Assembly: GCA_040285855.1 (NCBI GenBank)
Contig: JAUFOQ010000003.1
Coordinates: 868,001-932,000, forward strand
Direction of reading: 5' to 3'
DNA: 64,000 bases
Origin: Eukaryota sp. GEM-RC1
Lineage: Eukaryota
The translations under genes and the position numbers were made by a program. The notes under the pieces were generated by a model. It made no database searches. It saw only the letters and a program-made list of their open reading frames with translations, and was not told the DNA's origin. This document shows positions 25,189-37,275 of the stretch, piece by piece. Position 1 is the stretch's first letter; every line of letters begins with the position of its first letter.

Positions 25189-25722
25189 TATAGTTCAAAG
25201 TTGTTATGTTTATTCTAGATTTGGCGATTTAAATCGGAACTAAACTTTTGACAGGTATTTCAGGGTTATTTAGAAAAACTATGTTTGTTGAAAATTGTAT
25301 TGGTTTTATTTTACTACAATGTAGCAGGCTGTAGTAAGTTCTTACACGACATTGAAATTTCATATCTTGCAGTTATGGATGACCCAGTACTAAAGCCAAT
25401 TCACTTGGACACTAAGGTGCCGCTTCAAATTCTGTTCTTCGTATTTGTTTGTTGTTGTGGTTTCCATAACCAGTTTACTGACGAGGTATCATCAAAATGA
25501 GTCAATTGTTCATTTATTTCTGTACAACAAGGAATTTGTAGTCCTCACTCACAGCACCAAACTAATAGTTGTAGAGTACAGAAGTGTGACTTCAATAGGT
25601 CCAAATTTAACAATATTTTTACAATGCTTTATTATCAATAAATTGGAAAAATTCAAACAAGACAAAGCTCTCTACTAGTAATTACTTTAGGGATTCGATA
25701 AAGAAAACATCCCCAAATAACC

Positions 25723-26936
25723 CTAATCCAATCCACCCACAGCTTTCATGGCACTTGCAACATCCTTCAAACCATTACCAGTTGACAATACAACGACAGA
25801 GTCCGATGCTCCAATAGTTCCATCTCTAATCGCATACTTCAGCCCAGCAAAAGCCAAAGCAGCAGCTGGTTCAGCAAACACACCAGTAGAAGAAGCCATA
25901 TCCTTGATTGCCACCAATATATCTTGCTCTTCAACAACAACACAAGCACCACCAGTCTCCTTAACTGCTCGAACAGCACGCACCTTATCAGCAGGAACAC
26001 CAGCAGCAACAGAATCAGCAATAGTATCCACCTTTACAGCCTTCTTAGTAGCAGGATCCTCGTCATTCGCGATACACTCATAAACAAACTTAGATCCCAT
26101 AGCATTGACAGCCAAAAGCTTTGGGATACGATCAATCAGACCAAACTTGTGCAAGTCTTTAAATCCCTTATGAACTCCTGTAATGATATTACCATCACCC
26201 ACGGAAACACAAACCCAATCTAAAGTAAGAGAAGAAGAAGGTATAACTTACCAGGGACTGCAAATACTCCTGAGCCGAGTCCTCCGCCTAATTGTTCAGC
26301 AATCTCAAAGGAAACAGTTTTCTTTCCTTCCACAGTATAAGGATTATACCCAGTGTTACGATTGTAACAGCCGTTTTCCTTGCAGTAGGCATCGCACTGT
26401 TGGAATGCGAGGTCATAGGGACCATCAACACGGACAAGGTCAGCTCCAAAGGCCAAAGATTGAGCTAGTTTACCTACAGGGGCAGTCTTGGGGACATAGA
26501 TCTTGGTAGTGAGGTTCATTGATGCACCAATACCAGCAAGTGCTGCACCAGCATTACCAGTAGAAGCGGTGGCAATGGTGTCGATGCCTAAAGAAAGAGC
26601 CTTGGAACAGACAAATGCAGATGCACGATCTTTGAGACTTCCAGTGGGATTACGACCATCGTCTTTGATCCAAAGTGATTTGATGCCGAGAGAAGGAGCA
26701 ATACGATCAGCATTGACAAGAGGAGTATCGCCCACAAGTAAAGGAGAAATGATAGCATCCGTGGTAAGAGGCATCATTGGTAAGTAGCGGAACATTCCTG
26801 GACGTTCACAGATAGGGGATGATGGAGCTTCAAGTTCTACATCAAGATTTCCAGATTCAGGATGTTCAGGACAAACATAAGGGTGTTTATCAGAAGGAAA
26901 CTGATGTTTACAAACACAACAAGAGAGGTGATACAT
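25723..26936 (-). CDS. thrC: Threonine synthase-like PLP enzyme (fold type II, prokaryote-like short form), one intron
   Basis: NPTGSLKDRAS (PLP lysine), ATASTGNAGAALA, EGKKTVSFEIAEQL, EPAAALAFAG and TGNGLKD. Removing intron 26220-26251 gives VPDWVCVSVGDGNII. Confidence 0.88.
26220..26251 (-). other. 32-nt spliceosomal intron
   Basis: GTAAGT...TACTTTAG; removal joins the two threonine synthase ORFs in frame. Confidence 0.9.
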
Positions 26937-27032
26937 AAGATGAAGCAATAAGTGACACGGTGTCACTGACACGTCCTCCATAGTGGTCATCACTTCGTTT
27001 TGGTTGAACAATTTTATCTTCCTCCAGCTCTA

Positions 27033-27569
27033 ATGAAAAGTCCTCACGTCTCTTGGGCCCAAAGAAAAAACCTTATCTTTCTTACTGTTGATGTGGCTGA
27101 GCCCTCAAATACTAAAGTAGATCTCAAGCCAGAACAACTCACATTCTCCGCTCATAGCGATCTTTATAATGAAGATTACTCTTTTGACATCGAATTCTTC
27201 GCTGAAGTGGATCCTGCTGAAAGCAAATATCATTCCACTGGCCGATATGTACATTTCATTCTCATCAAGAAGGATCAAGATTCAGAATTCTGGCCTCGTC
27301 TCACTAAGGAAAAGGTTTGTTTACCGTCTAGTTCTCTCTCATTTTAGGTTAAACATAATTGGATCGGAATCGACTGGAGGCTCTATGTTGATGAAGATGA
27401 GGAAGAAGAAGCTCCCGCCGCTGAGGGCGCCGGTGCCAATATGCCTTTCGATATGAGTCAATTTGCCAACATCCCAGGAATGGAAAATATGGACTTTTCT
27501 AAGATGGGATTGGGTGATATGGACGTTCCACAGGCCGAATCTTCCGATTCTAGCGATGATGATGAGTAA
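27033..27569 (+). CDS. SBA1: p23/Sba1 Hsp90 co-chaperone (CS domain), intron 27315-27347
   Basis: PHVSWAQR, FWPRLTKEK|VKHNWIGIDWRLYVDEDEEE and an acidic tail. 33-nt GTTTGT...TTTTAG intron. Confidence 0.92.
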
Positions 27570-27631
27570 TGTCCCACTTTCTTCTGAAGCAATAAACCTA
27601 TTTCTTATGTCAGATATCCTCTCTCCCCAAC

Positions 27632-28902
27632 ATGAAACGACTGCCTCTCGTTAGAGTGGGGTTCTTTCTCATAATGTTTGCCATATTTTTTGGCAGTAAA
27701 ATGAATCCATCGAACATAACACAAAAGGTCTTTCCAATAACGGGTTATGGACCAACATTGAACTCATCAAGTTGTCTGATCACCGTCATTCTTATCCTTG
27801 CAGTTCGTACAGAATCAAATTGACAAACGTTGAGATTGACATTACATCAAGTGATTTCATCATCACTTATCATTCCCCCAATCCTCTCAATGAATCCTTG
27901 CTACACCATTCTATTCAGTCATGTTGTGAACGACGTAATTTGTCCTTCAAGCGAGTAAGTTTTCGTCATTCAAAGCAACCACTTAACACAATTGTTGGTG
28001 AACCAATATATGTTCTTCCAACTGTACACCCTCCTAACTTCTTCCATGCTGCAGTAGATAACTCAATGTCACTCTATCATACAATGCGTACCGATAACAC
28101 GTCAAACGCTAAAGTTCTTCTTCTTAAGTGTCCTAATCGCCTGTTTCCCTCCAGTTATAAGGACTTGCTAAACCCCTTTGTTACTGAGATCATCGACTAT
28201 GATACTCCTACCTATTATGTGACTTCAGAGCTCTACCTAGGAGTCGACACAGAGCCTGTTTACTGTTTTAAAGGACGTCATGAACTGAGTTGGTGTCCAG
28301 CATTGACTGTGCAATGGAGAAAACAAATTTTATCTTATTTGAAAATCAAGGAATCTCAAGAACCAGAATCGTCTGTTCTGAATGTTCTAGTATTAGAAAG
28401 ACACTATGTCAACCGTCAAATGTTGAGTTTCATGAACAAAACTAATCGGTCAGTCTTTGTCAAAGCTCTCGAACATCATAATGTAACCGTTAAGTTTCAA
28501 CAAATGGAGGTCTTGTCTCTAAAGCATCAACTAACTGCTGCATTCAATACTGATGTCATCATTGGTGCTCACGGAGCTGGTCTTGTATGGTCACTATTTC
28601 AACCTTCATTATCGTCTATTATCGTTTTGTATCCTCCAGGGTGTTATAATTACGTCTACAATGTCATTCCGAATAGACTCAACAGACCCCATTACTTCTA
28701 CCATGTTCTTGATGTGATCCACAGATCGGAAGAAGGAAAGAGTTGGTTGTATCGTCATGGTTATCCTTATAACCGTGACTTCTTTAAGAAGTTGTTGTGT
28801 AATAGAAGGGTTCGTGATGTTGATCTTGTTGAAGATACAGAAAAACTGACTGGTTTGACTATAACTGCGGTTAATAGATTAAGAGAATTACGATCTTCAT
28901 AA
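27632..28902 (+). CDS. Glycosyltransferase family 61 (DUF563) type II membrane protein, one frame break at ~27725-27733
   Basis: N-terminal anchor VGFFLIMFAIFF, NFFHAAVD and QLTAAFNTDVIIGAHGAGLVWSLF (the HGAGL motif of GT61). Confidence 0.8.
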
Positions 28903-29214
28903 GATTGTGGATGTATTTTCTGAGAATTCATTTCTAGTTACCACAAACATTGTTTCTTTAAAACAGTGTTACAAATTGTAAAAATATTATGTTTGTAAAC
29001 ATTGTCTAGTTCTCGTTCATTATGTTCATTGCTTCATAATTACACTAACAGTATTGAAATTCTCTTTGACATCGATACTTGCCGATTATTTTCGTTTGAA
29101 TGAACATGAAGTAGAGTAGTGCATTGTCTCCATGAAACACTTGATCACCTCAAAAAGTAAAGAGAACACAATCAAACGAATACAATTGAGATTTATTTAC
29201 AGTCCAGTGAAGAG

Positions 29215-31450
29215 CTAGATCAAACCAAATCCTTCAGAATTCTGAATGGCTAATAATAATTTCTCCCTAAGTAGGTTTTCATCCTTATAATCTGGCAGTA
29301 TAAGAATGTTAAAACAAGTATGTGCTGTCGGAAGGAAACTTTCTGGACTGGCTCTACCAATAACAAATTTTAAATTTGACAATCCTCCCACAGGCACTCC
29401 TGAAATAAGTATTTAAAAAATCAACAAACTATCAGTGCCAGTAACAAACTGCAGAAACTTCCTCTGCTGATCCGGTGGAAGATCATGAAGAATTTTCCAA
29501 AACGCTTCTAAAATTAGAATATTTAATAAAACACATACTAATCGTATCAGACGTAGGTGAATACCCATCATACATAGTCCTCCTCTCCAAGGCTACAAAG
29601 TCCATGGTCTGCTCACCACAAACAATTAGCTCAAGCTCAGCAGGTTTCAAATCCAAGTGAGTGACCATCTTGAGACCTTCGAATAACCGTGTAAATCCAG
29701 CTTTGAAGGGTTCAAATTGATCTGCTATTGATTTGTTCAAAATCCAGTCCACATAGGCTTTAACGTACTCAACTTTGTTTTTGGAGGTTACGGGAATGTT
29801 AGCTCCGTCTGGGCACAATTCAAACACTTTACGTTCGTCAAAGATTTCACGTTCAATTGTCCAATTTCTGCAAAAGACTTCTTCGACGTCATCACCTGGG
29901 TAATCAAGCAACTGATTGAGCCCATGAGTGAGATCATAATCAATATCTTGAAGGTCGGGTAGAGTAACTTTGTAATTGAGCAACTTCTTCCAAATGGCAG
30001 TTGGAAATCGAAGATCTACAGTGATTCCATTAAAAAAGGCAAGTCCAATCAAAATCCCAGTCAACTCATACTCTCTCCTTCTTTCCTCACCAATGAAATT
30101 AAACCACCTTAAAGTATTATCCCCAGTAGTAATAAACATCCCATACTTTTCATTTAAAATCTCCTTCATCACCAACTGAAAAAACTCCTGCCTGAGACCC
30201 CCCTCATCTACCCCGGGTTCACCAATAAACTGGACCTTTAAAGGTTTCTTTAGTTCCTCGTTGGTTAAGTTTGAGAGCTGTTCCAGTGCATTTGTCAACA
30301 AAGTATCTCTGTGAACTTTGAGGATAAGATAGGGAACTGGCGGACGAGAAGAAGATCCAGAGAAACGAGAGAACAACATTGAGAGCATTGCGTCTTGTTG
30401 TGTCTGGTTCTGAAGTCTTCTTGCTTCTGTTTGAATGACGTCAGCTTTTGAGCGTGGAGTTAAGAGGAATGGTCCAGGTCCTACAAACAACGATCGTGCT
30501 CCAGACAAATACCTCGCAGTGTCACGTCTCAAGTCCACGTCAGCATTAACAGCGTCATTATAGAACTCGGTAAATTCTAACAAAGGAGCGGCAACCTTGG
30601 AAGCCTCCACGTCAGCTTTGTAAAGGATGGAAAGCCCTTGGACCATGGAAATAGAGAGGTTAATGTCAACGTTGAAGGCATTTGCTGCAACACTGGCTAC
30701 TAGGATGGTTAGTTGTTGTTGGATGTTGATGACAGCGGTTCGGAAGTAACCAGCGGGAAGAGTTGAGAACCAGCTGACTAGAACCTTGGAGAGAGAGTTT
30801 GGTAGGGCACCCATAACACCAGTGACACGCAGAATGGCGTTGACAGACTCGGGTTCAGCAAGGATGGGGAAGAGAAGGAAAAAGACAATGCAACGAAGAG
30901 TGGCACCATCAGGATAATTAGGTTCAGAAGTTTCGAATGAGGGAGCGGTGTTGCAGAAGCCAGCAAGGATCTTTTGTATTGAACCAGTGACAATGTCCGC
31001 AAGTTTTGGGGTTCGAGCAATGAGAGTGTTGGCGATATGGAAGAATTCATCCGATCTGTCAATGTCAAGGCCTAGAGAATCACCAGGACTGTGAACATAG
31101 AAGTTAGAGATGATTGAAGTGGGTGAAGATAGAAGAGATGAGAAAACATCAGGAAGTACTTCGGGATCTGCAGACAGCAGTGAGAAGTCTGTAGGAGTGA
31201 CAGGTTTGAAGTCTGCTGGTAATGATGCTTCTTTTCTTAAAGGAGGACATAGAAGATCTAGACGATTGGTCCTAAGTAAACCTAATGCCATGACTGCTGC
31301 CTGGTTAACGTCTTTAGGTTTTGAACTGTCAGGACATGAAGCACAATAGAGATTCGTACAAGAACTTCGACCACATCCTGTGAGCAATTGTAGGACTAAC
31401 TTCTGATAGTAAGTTTGTAGATATTCCGGAATTGGTTTGCGATCAGACAT
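29215..31450 (-). CDS. UBE3A: HECT E3 ubiquitin ligase, UBE3A/E6AP-like; introns 29508-29538 and 29400-29429
   Basis: N-terminal QLLTGCGRSSCTNLYCASC (AZUL-type Zn finger). HECT motifs LKVQFIGEPGVDEGGLRQEFF, FLQFVTGTDRVPVGG, LPTAHTCFN and SEGFGLI. Two GT-AG introns (31 and 30 nt) restore the frame. Confidence 0.9.
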
Positions 31451-31699
31451 TAAAAGGAATGAACTTTGAGTTAAAAGCAGTGCTGTGTTGTCAAATGCGC
31501 ACTTTTTCCAGAAATGAAGTGCGTCAAAATGCGCCAAATGCGCACATTTCTGCGCATTTTGACGCACTTTGGCTGAATGCGCGCATTTTACGTGCGCATT
31601 TTGATTTCGAACTTGAGACACCCCATAAATAAAAATCTTTTTCGTCGTGCTGATACATGTTCTCGTAATTCTCGATAGAGAAATTTTTTCTATCTCATT

Positions 31700-32523
31700 A
31701 CTTCTAATTCAAAATTAGCTTTGTACCACTATTCACAATGGTACATAAAAAGTCTCTTACCATTCTCCAGCATAATTTGCTTCATACCATGACCGGCAAG
31801 TAACAATCTATATCACATAAAGCTCTTTTATAAATCGTAACTTTATATCTATAACGCTACCTTTGCTCCATCCACCCCTTCTTTCTGTTTATTGAAGGAC
31901 GACCTGCTCTTCGTTTTCTAACAGGAGGACTTAATGGTTCTTCTGGATCTTCCCACTGCTCCTTACTGCGAGGGAGGTACAATAGACAATGCATACATTC
32001 TCATGTATGACATTGTTGAGTACACTTCATCACAGTAAGAATCAACATCTTCTTTCATCTTCATAAGTGCTGCTGCAGCATGAGAGCATGGAGATCCAAG
32101 TTGCTGCCATCTTCCACAGTCACAATGCTTCTCTCTCAAATTTACTCTCATGTACCTTCCACCTTCCATCTGAACTTCACAAATGTCATTTCCTCGGTTA
32201 ATGGCGGTGTAATTATCCACACATCACTCGCATTTTCCTTGCAAACAACAAGAAAAGTACAGTATGGCTGACAACATACAACTCTACAGCGTGTGGTGTC
32301 ACTATGACTGTATTTAACTTCTCTTCTGTCGATCAAGTTGTCATGGATCAAACGAAGCTGGAAGTCTGACTTCTTATCAAAGGTAGATTGCTCTTCTAAG
32401 GGAGACAGGTTTAAGGTATGCATATAGTCAAACGAAAGGTTGATTGACTGATGGTATAAAAACAATTATTGTGGTATAAGGCTAATTATTTATGTGTGCA
32501 ATTGGTATAAAACGAATTTTCCC
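31700..32523 (-). mobile_element. Internally deleted Mutator (MULE) element nested in the hAT element
   Basis: MuDR-type N-domain (FDKKSDFQ...SDTTRCRVVC...CTFLV...DVWII) is joined out of frame to a SWIM finger (CDCGRWQQLGSPCSHA) and RRAGRP. TACCA subterminal repeats. Left boundary approximate. Confidence 0.7.
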
Positions 32524-32538
32524 TTCTCTATATTCCAT

Positions 32539-32871
32539 CAGTGAACGCTAACACGTTCAAAATCGAATCTAACACGTGTTAACACGCGTGTTACGTGTTA
32601 GGACGTGTTATGTGTTTGCGTTACAGGAATTTTTTCTGGTCTCTGGTTCACCAATAAACAGCTCGTTTCTTCTACACATTTATCCCTACGATACTCTACA
32701 TCACTGTAGGGATCTTCTAAAACGACGTCTTTCATTCTTTTAGCAGAGAAATGCATTTTCACATCATTCAGACCGAAAATAGTAACCGCAATTTACGTGT
32801 TAGAAATCAGCCAAAATTCCTAACACGTGTTAACACGTGTTAACACGCGTGTTTCGTGTTAGCGTTCACTG
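32539..32871. mobile_element. hAT-type MITE, 333 bp
   Basis: Perfect 17-bp TIR CAGTGAACGCTAACACG, perfect 8-bp TSD TATTCCAT and TAACACGTGT subterminal repeats. Confidence 0.93.
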
Positions 32872-33697
32872 TATTCCATAGCCTTTTCGAGATGTATCAA
32901 AATCCCACATCATTTGGCATCACGCTACAATTGTATACCAACCTCCTTCCAAAGGTTCTGTTGTATCAGAAGCTACAGTTCATTGTCGTCATTGTGTCCA
33001 CCAGTCCGTCACTGGAACTAATCGTATGAAACAACACTTTGTACCGGGGACGACGTAGTGTTTTCTTGTTCAGAACTTGTTGAAAGTCTTTAAGTTGAGT
33101 TTAGAGCTCGAAAACGCACATCCTCTTCTCATTGACCGATCTCATTAAACTGTTACTGTTGATCACATACTCTATACAGAAAATGTGTTTCAACTTTAAG
33201 GACAAACAGTGGACGTTGGTGACTTAATAAATGGTCTTTAAACCATATTTCATTCAGTATTTTATACGATATTAACCGTTTATGGTTTTGTATCGATTTA
33301 CATTGTTCGTAATTATGGGTAAAACAGACTTTTGATCAAAAGTTTTGGTTGAATCCCACAGCCATACACTAACTTCACTGATTTTAAACCAATTCACATT
33401 GTGATATCAAAAGAATGTTCATTGAATTGTATACGATACAACTTTGCATTTGTCCAACGAAAGAGGTACTGCAAAACACTGTTTTGAGATCAACATCACT
33501 GTTATTGTATATGGAGATACAGAGACTTATACAGAAGCACAAAAAAATTCAAAAAAAATCTCAAAGTCAAAATGCGCAAGATCACAAAATCCCAAATGCG
33601 TAAAAGGCGTCAAAATGCGCGCCTTTGTCGCATTTGGCGCATTTCTGAAAATTGATAACACTGGTTAAAAGTTTACAACTTAAAAACATTCTTATCC

Positions 33698-34376
33698 CTG
33701 GAAAATACAAGGGTTGAACAAAATACAGATACAAAAATACAAAATAAAATCAAATACAATACTACAAATTCAATGATCTTGTGTTATCTGTATTTTTAGT
33801 TGTGTACATCGAAAACAATGATGTAAATGTATCGCCTACATGTACTAGTACATGTATTTAGATTCGTGTCTACAAGTGGCTCTTATATATTTTCTTCTTA
33901 CTTTGGTTAAACGATAATTCCTTCAGTATATAGAGACTGATGAATTGTCCTCGTCAAACTCAATTCTGATATTCTTTCTTGTTGGTCAGGTTTTGGCACG
34001 TATTTTGTGTCCTGTTAATGGAGAAACACAATCAATGAGCAATTCTTCCGCCAATTATTCCTTGACCTAGTCCAGTAAACTACTGTAGTAGTTTGTTCAT
34101 CTGTCTTCTGTTTTGGTTTGCTGATAAACTACTACAACTACTTCGTCATGTATCTTTATTTGTATCATGTTTTTATTTACTTCTGTGCATCACATGAAGA
34201 AGAATTGGAGAAAAGAGAACTACGTCTACATTCAAAATAGGTACTTTACAGGTAAGTAAGTTCAGAATCCTACTCTCAAAAAAAATACGGCATTTTAATA
34301 CTGAAAATATAAAATACAAATACACAAATACACTAAATATAAAAAAACAGAAAATACAGAAAAATGTATTTTCCAG
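33698..34376. mobile_element. Possible degraded MITE
   Basis: 12-bp inverted termini CTGGAAAATACA / TGTATTTTCCAG with AAATAC repeats clustered near both ends. No TSD seen. Confidence 0.4.
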
Positions 34377-34803
34377 ATAACGTGCTATAACAATCATGCA
34401 ATATTTGGTGATAACATTGAGTCTCCATGCAGGAGACTTTTAGATATTTAATTACAGTCAATAACAGGTATTTCGTGCACGATTACTTGTTCATTATCAA
34501 AATTGTAATTTTCAGTTAACGCAAAAATATCTTCCATAACTGAAAGAGACTGCTGACCTTCAAAAAGCACATAAAGTTTCTACGTAAGGCAATGGGTTTT
34601 TGAAGAAGTTCAACACATGTTGGATATGTCATTCTTCTATGCCACTTCAAGGAATTTGGGTAAATTTCTACTGTTTCACGTACAAACAACCTAAGACTAT
34701 AAACGAAACCCCCATTCAACACGTGTTGAGGTAACTCCGAACAAAGACAAAAACCCAAATTTCTTCACAACTTTGCTCACATCTCTTTTGAAGTTCTTTC
34801 CTG

Positions 34804-36228
34804 ATGACAGACAAACACATCTTGTTCAATTCCAGTAAACAAGAATATTTTAGTCCTTCTACAAACTATAAGCGACTTACCAGACGTCTTAAAGGTAGTT
34901 ACAAAGTTTCTACCAACAGAGAACCTCTTGGCGATGTCAATCTTAATGATGTTGATACACTTGTTTTCTCTTCTCCTGGTGACCATTTCACGGAAGAAGA
35001 CTGTGACATTCTAGAATCTTTTCTTGCTTCAGGACGATGTATCATTTTTTCTTCTTTCTGATGGCGGTGAGTCTAAACTAGCTACCAATATCAACTATTT
35101 TATTGAAAAGTACGGTATCTATGTCAACAAAGATTGTCTAGTACGATCAGTCTACCATTCCAAAGCAATACCAACAAACTGTGTTCTAACAGATGCTCCA
35201 ACACTTCCTGCCCTTGCAACCGTTCTTTCCACCACTGATTCTCGTCCGTCTAACCCAAACTCTGCGGTTCTTCCTCCTATAATCTTCCCCGATGCTGCAA
35301 CTCTCAACGTTCAAGAACCAGCTGTTCCTCTTTTCCTCTCTGGTAATCTCTCTTACCCTGTCAACCGTCCTTTAGCTGCTGCTTGTCTTGTCCCCACAGA
35401 CTCCTCTCAAACATGTTCAGATCCTCTCAAGAAAATCACTTTATTCGGAAGACTTTTTGTTTTTGGTTCTTCTTCCTTTTGTCTGATACTTACTTCCATG
35501 AGTATAAGAACAGCTATCTTGCTGACGTTCTCTTCCGTGTGTCTACGTCTCCATCTGACCCCGCTTCCTTTGATATCCTTGACTCTATCTTCGAATCTCT
35601 CTCTTCCTCCACCTTTCAAACAACTCAAGACGTTGCTGATTACATTGCTGTCCCTGAGATTGGTGCTTGGGCTACTAGACCTAAAACCAAACTTCAATCA
35701 CAACCACTCACAGTAATGACTGATCCCCTCAATCTAATCGACGACACTCTCTTTTCATTCAACACTTCCAACATTCCTCTTGCCGGCAGATTGTTCTCTG
35801 AGCTAGAACTACCTCATCAACCTCTCACCCTCATCAAACCTCAATTCGATGCACCTCTTCCTGCTCTCACTCCCTCTGTCTTTGTTCCTTCTGCTCTAGA
35901 ACCAGCACCTCCAGCACTAGAGTTGTTTGACTTGGACGAGGAATGGGCTTCGGAGAGTGTTTCATTGTCTAAGTTGATGAGTAAGTGTAAAGGAGAAAAG
36001 GACCTTGATTTCTTCATTAAAGAGGCTTCGAAACTGTTAGGGGTTTCAAAGAAGTTGCCAAAGTCTCAACAGAATAGTAAGAGTTTTATGTTCTTTGTGA
36101 TGAAGCAGTTGATTGGGTTTAAAAAGTTGAATATGTTAGGACCTGATGCTTCTCCCATTCAAACTAAAGAAAAGATTGGTGTGGAGAGTAAGGAGGGTGG
36201 AGCAGATGTATTGACTGTTATAAATTGA
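34804..36228 (+). CDS. IFT52: Intraflagellar transport protein 52 (frame breaks at ~35048 and ~35478)
   Basis: ILFNSSKQEYF, DGGESKLATNINYFIEKYGI.VN.D..VRSVY, YPVNRP, LIKPQFDAPLPAL.P.VF and PPALELFDLDEE.ASE are IFT52 signature blocks. Confidence 0.9.
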
Positions 36229-36756
36229 TGATGTGATGATGATTGATAGTCTAGTGTTTGTATGTTTTGATGGTTTTTTGTGTATTTTGGAATGTTATTG
36301 ATGTTGGATCTGTAATTAAAAATATTATTATTTTTCAAGATTTATTTTGGCTTTCCACTTTACATCTACCAGTTTGCTTGAAGTCAGACTCAAAATGCAT
36401 TTGCAATTTTGCTTTCACAGGTCGCCTTAATTGGATTAAACTAATGCGATGTTGATCCACTTCACATCGCATGAAATATAAACAAACTCTCGCATGTATC
36501 AACAATATCGGGAGAACCAGTTTAATTTCCAGTATGTTATACGACGAGCTCGTTCTAATTACTAGTCCAATCATCAACACTTACGGTGCGCATAAGCAGT
36601 GTATGCACATGGACGAAAGCACAAATTGGACAGAACAAGAACGTGACTCATGATGACGTCACCACTCCTTCCAATTTCCCTGCGTCAGGACATGTCTTGT
36701 TTCAACCATATTCTTTTCTGTCTACTGTTTTGTTTTGACTTCATCAGATTCAGTGT

Positions 36757-37038
36757 ATGATAGCTGAGACTTCTTTTGGAAGCCATAATTTGCTCCTCGG
36801 AATGTCACCTACAGACTCTGAAGTATTCAATGTGTACTCCCTCTCTCATCTCATCAGAACAGAACGCGACATGTTCACCTTTGCCTTGAAAGAACACAAT
36901 CCTACTAGAGAAGACTTGTTGGGTATAACTGGGCTGAAGATAATGTGTAATCTGTATAAAATGAAACAACGCAAACACAAGAAACGTCTCCATCGCCAAG
37001 ACTTCAATTTCGATGATGTATGCTCAATAGATCTGTAA
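36757..37038 (+). CDS. Hypothetical small protein (true start possibly ~36692 via a short intron)
   Basis: 93-aa ATG ORF in an otherwise gene-dense region, with a candidate GT...TGAC...CAG intron just upstream. No family recognised. Confidence 0.35.
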   Translation: MIAETSFGSHNLLLGMSPTDSEVFNVYSLSHLIRTERDMFTFALKEHNPTREDLLGITGLKIMCNLYKMKQRKHKKRLHRQDFNFDDVCSIDL

Positions 37039-37275
37039 AGACATCATATGTACAACTACATGTAAGTAATAAACACTACATTAACAAAACTGATCATTTT
37101 ATCGTCCCTACAACACAAAAGATAGTGGTAAATACAACAACACCAAGAAAGAAACAACATAAACAGAGTCAATTCTGTCAGTTTGGTTAAGTTCAACCAA
37201 ACCAGACTGAAACTTTTTTTCCAGACTGTAAATACACTTCAATTCACGAGTGCTTATTCATATCTTAACATGATA

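Larger units (their letters stand above)
31478..33663 (+). mobile_element. Non-autonomous hAT element with a BED-finger transposase remnant and nested insertions
   Basis: 8-bp TSD GTTAAAAG at 31470-31477 and 33664-33671. Termini CAGTG(CTGTG)TTGTCAA / TTGATAACACTG. AAATGCG subterminal repeats at both ends. IWHHATIV...ATVHCRHC...GTNRMKQHF at ~32910-33040. Confidence 0.85.

Noticed and set aside
25748..26787. Plus-strand ORFs opposite threonine synthase
   Set aside because: Antisense shadows of a codon-biased gene with no recognisable motifs.
31451..31621. N-terminal extension of the HECT ligase (MSQVRNQNAHVKCAH...)
   Set aside because: It translates the hAT subterminal AAATGCG repeats. The AZUL-like domain begins right after the ATG at 31450.
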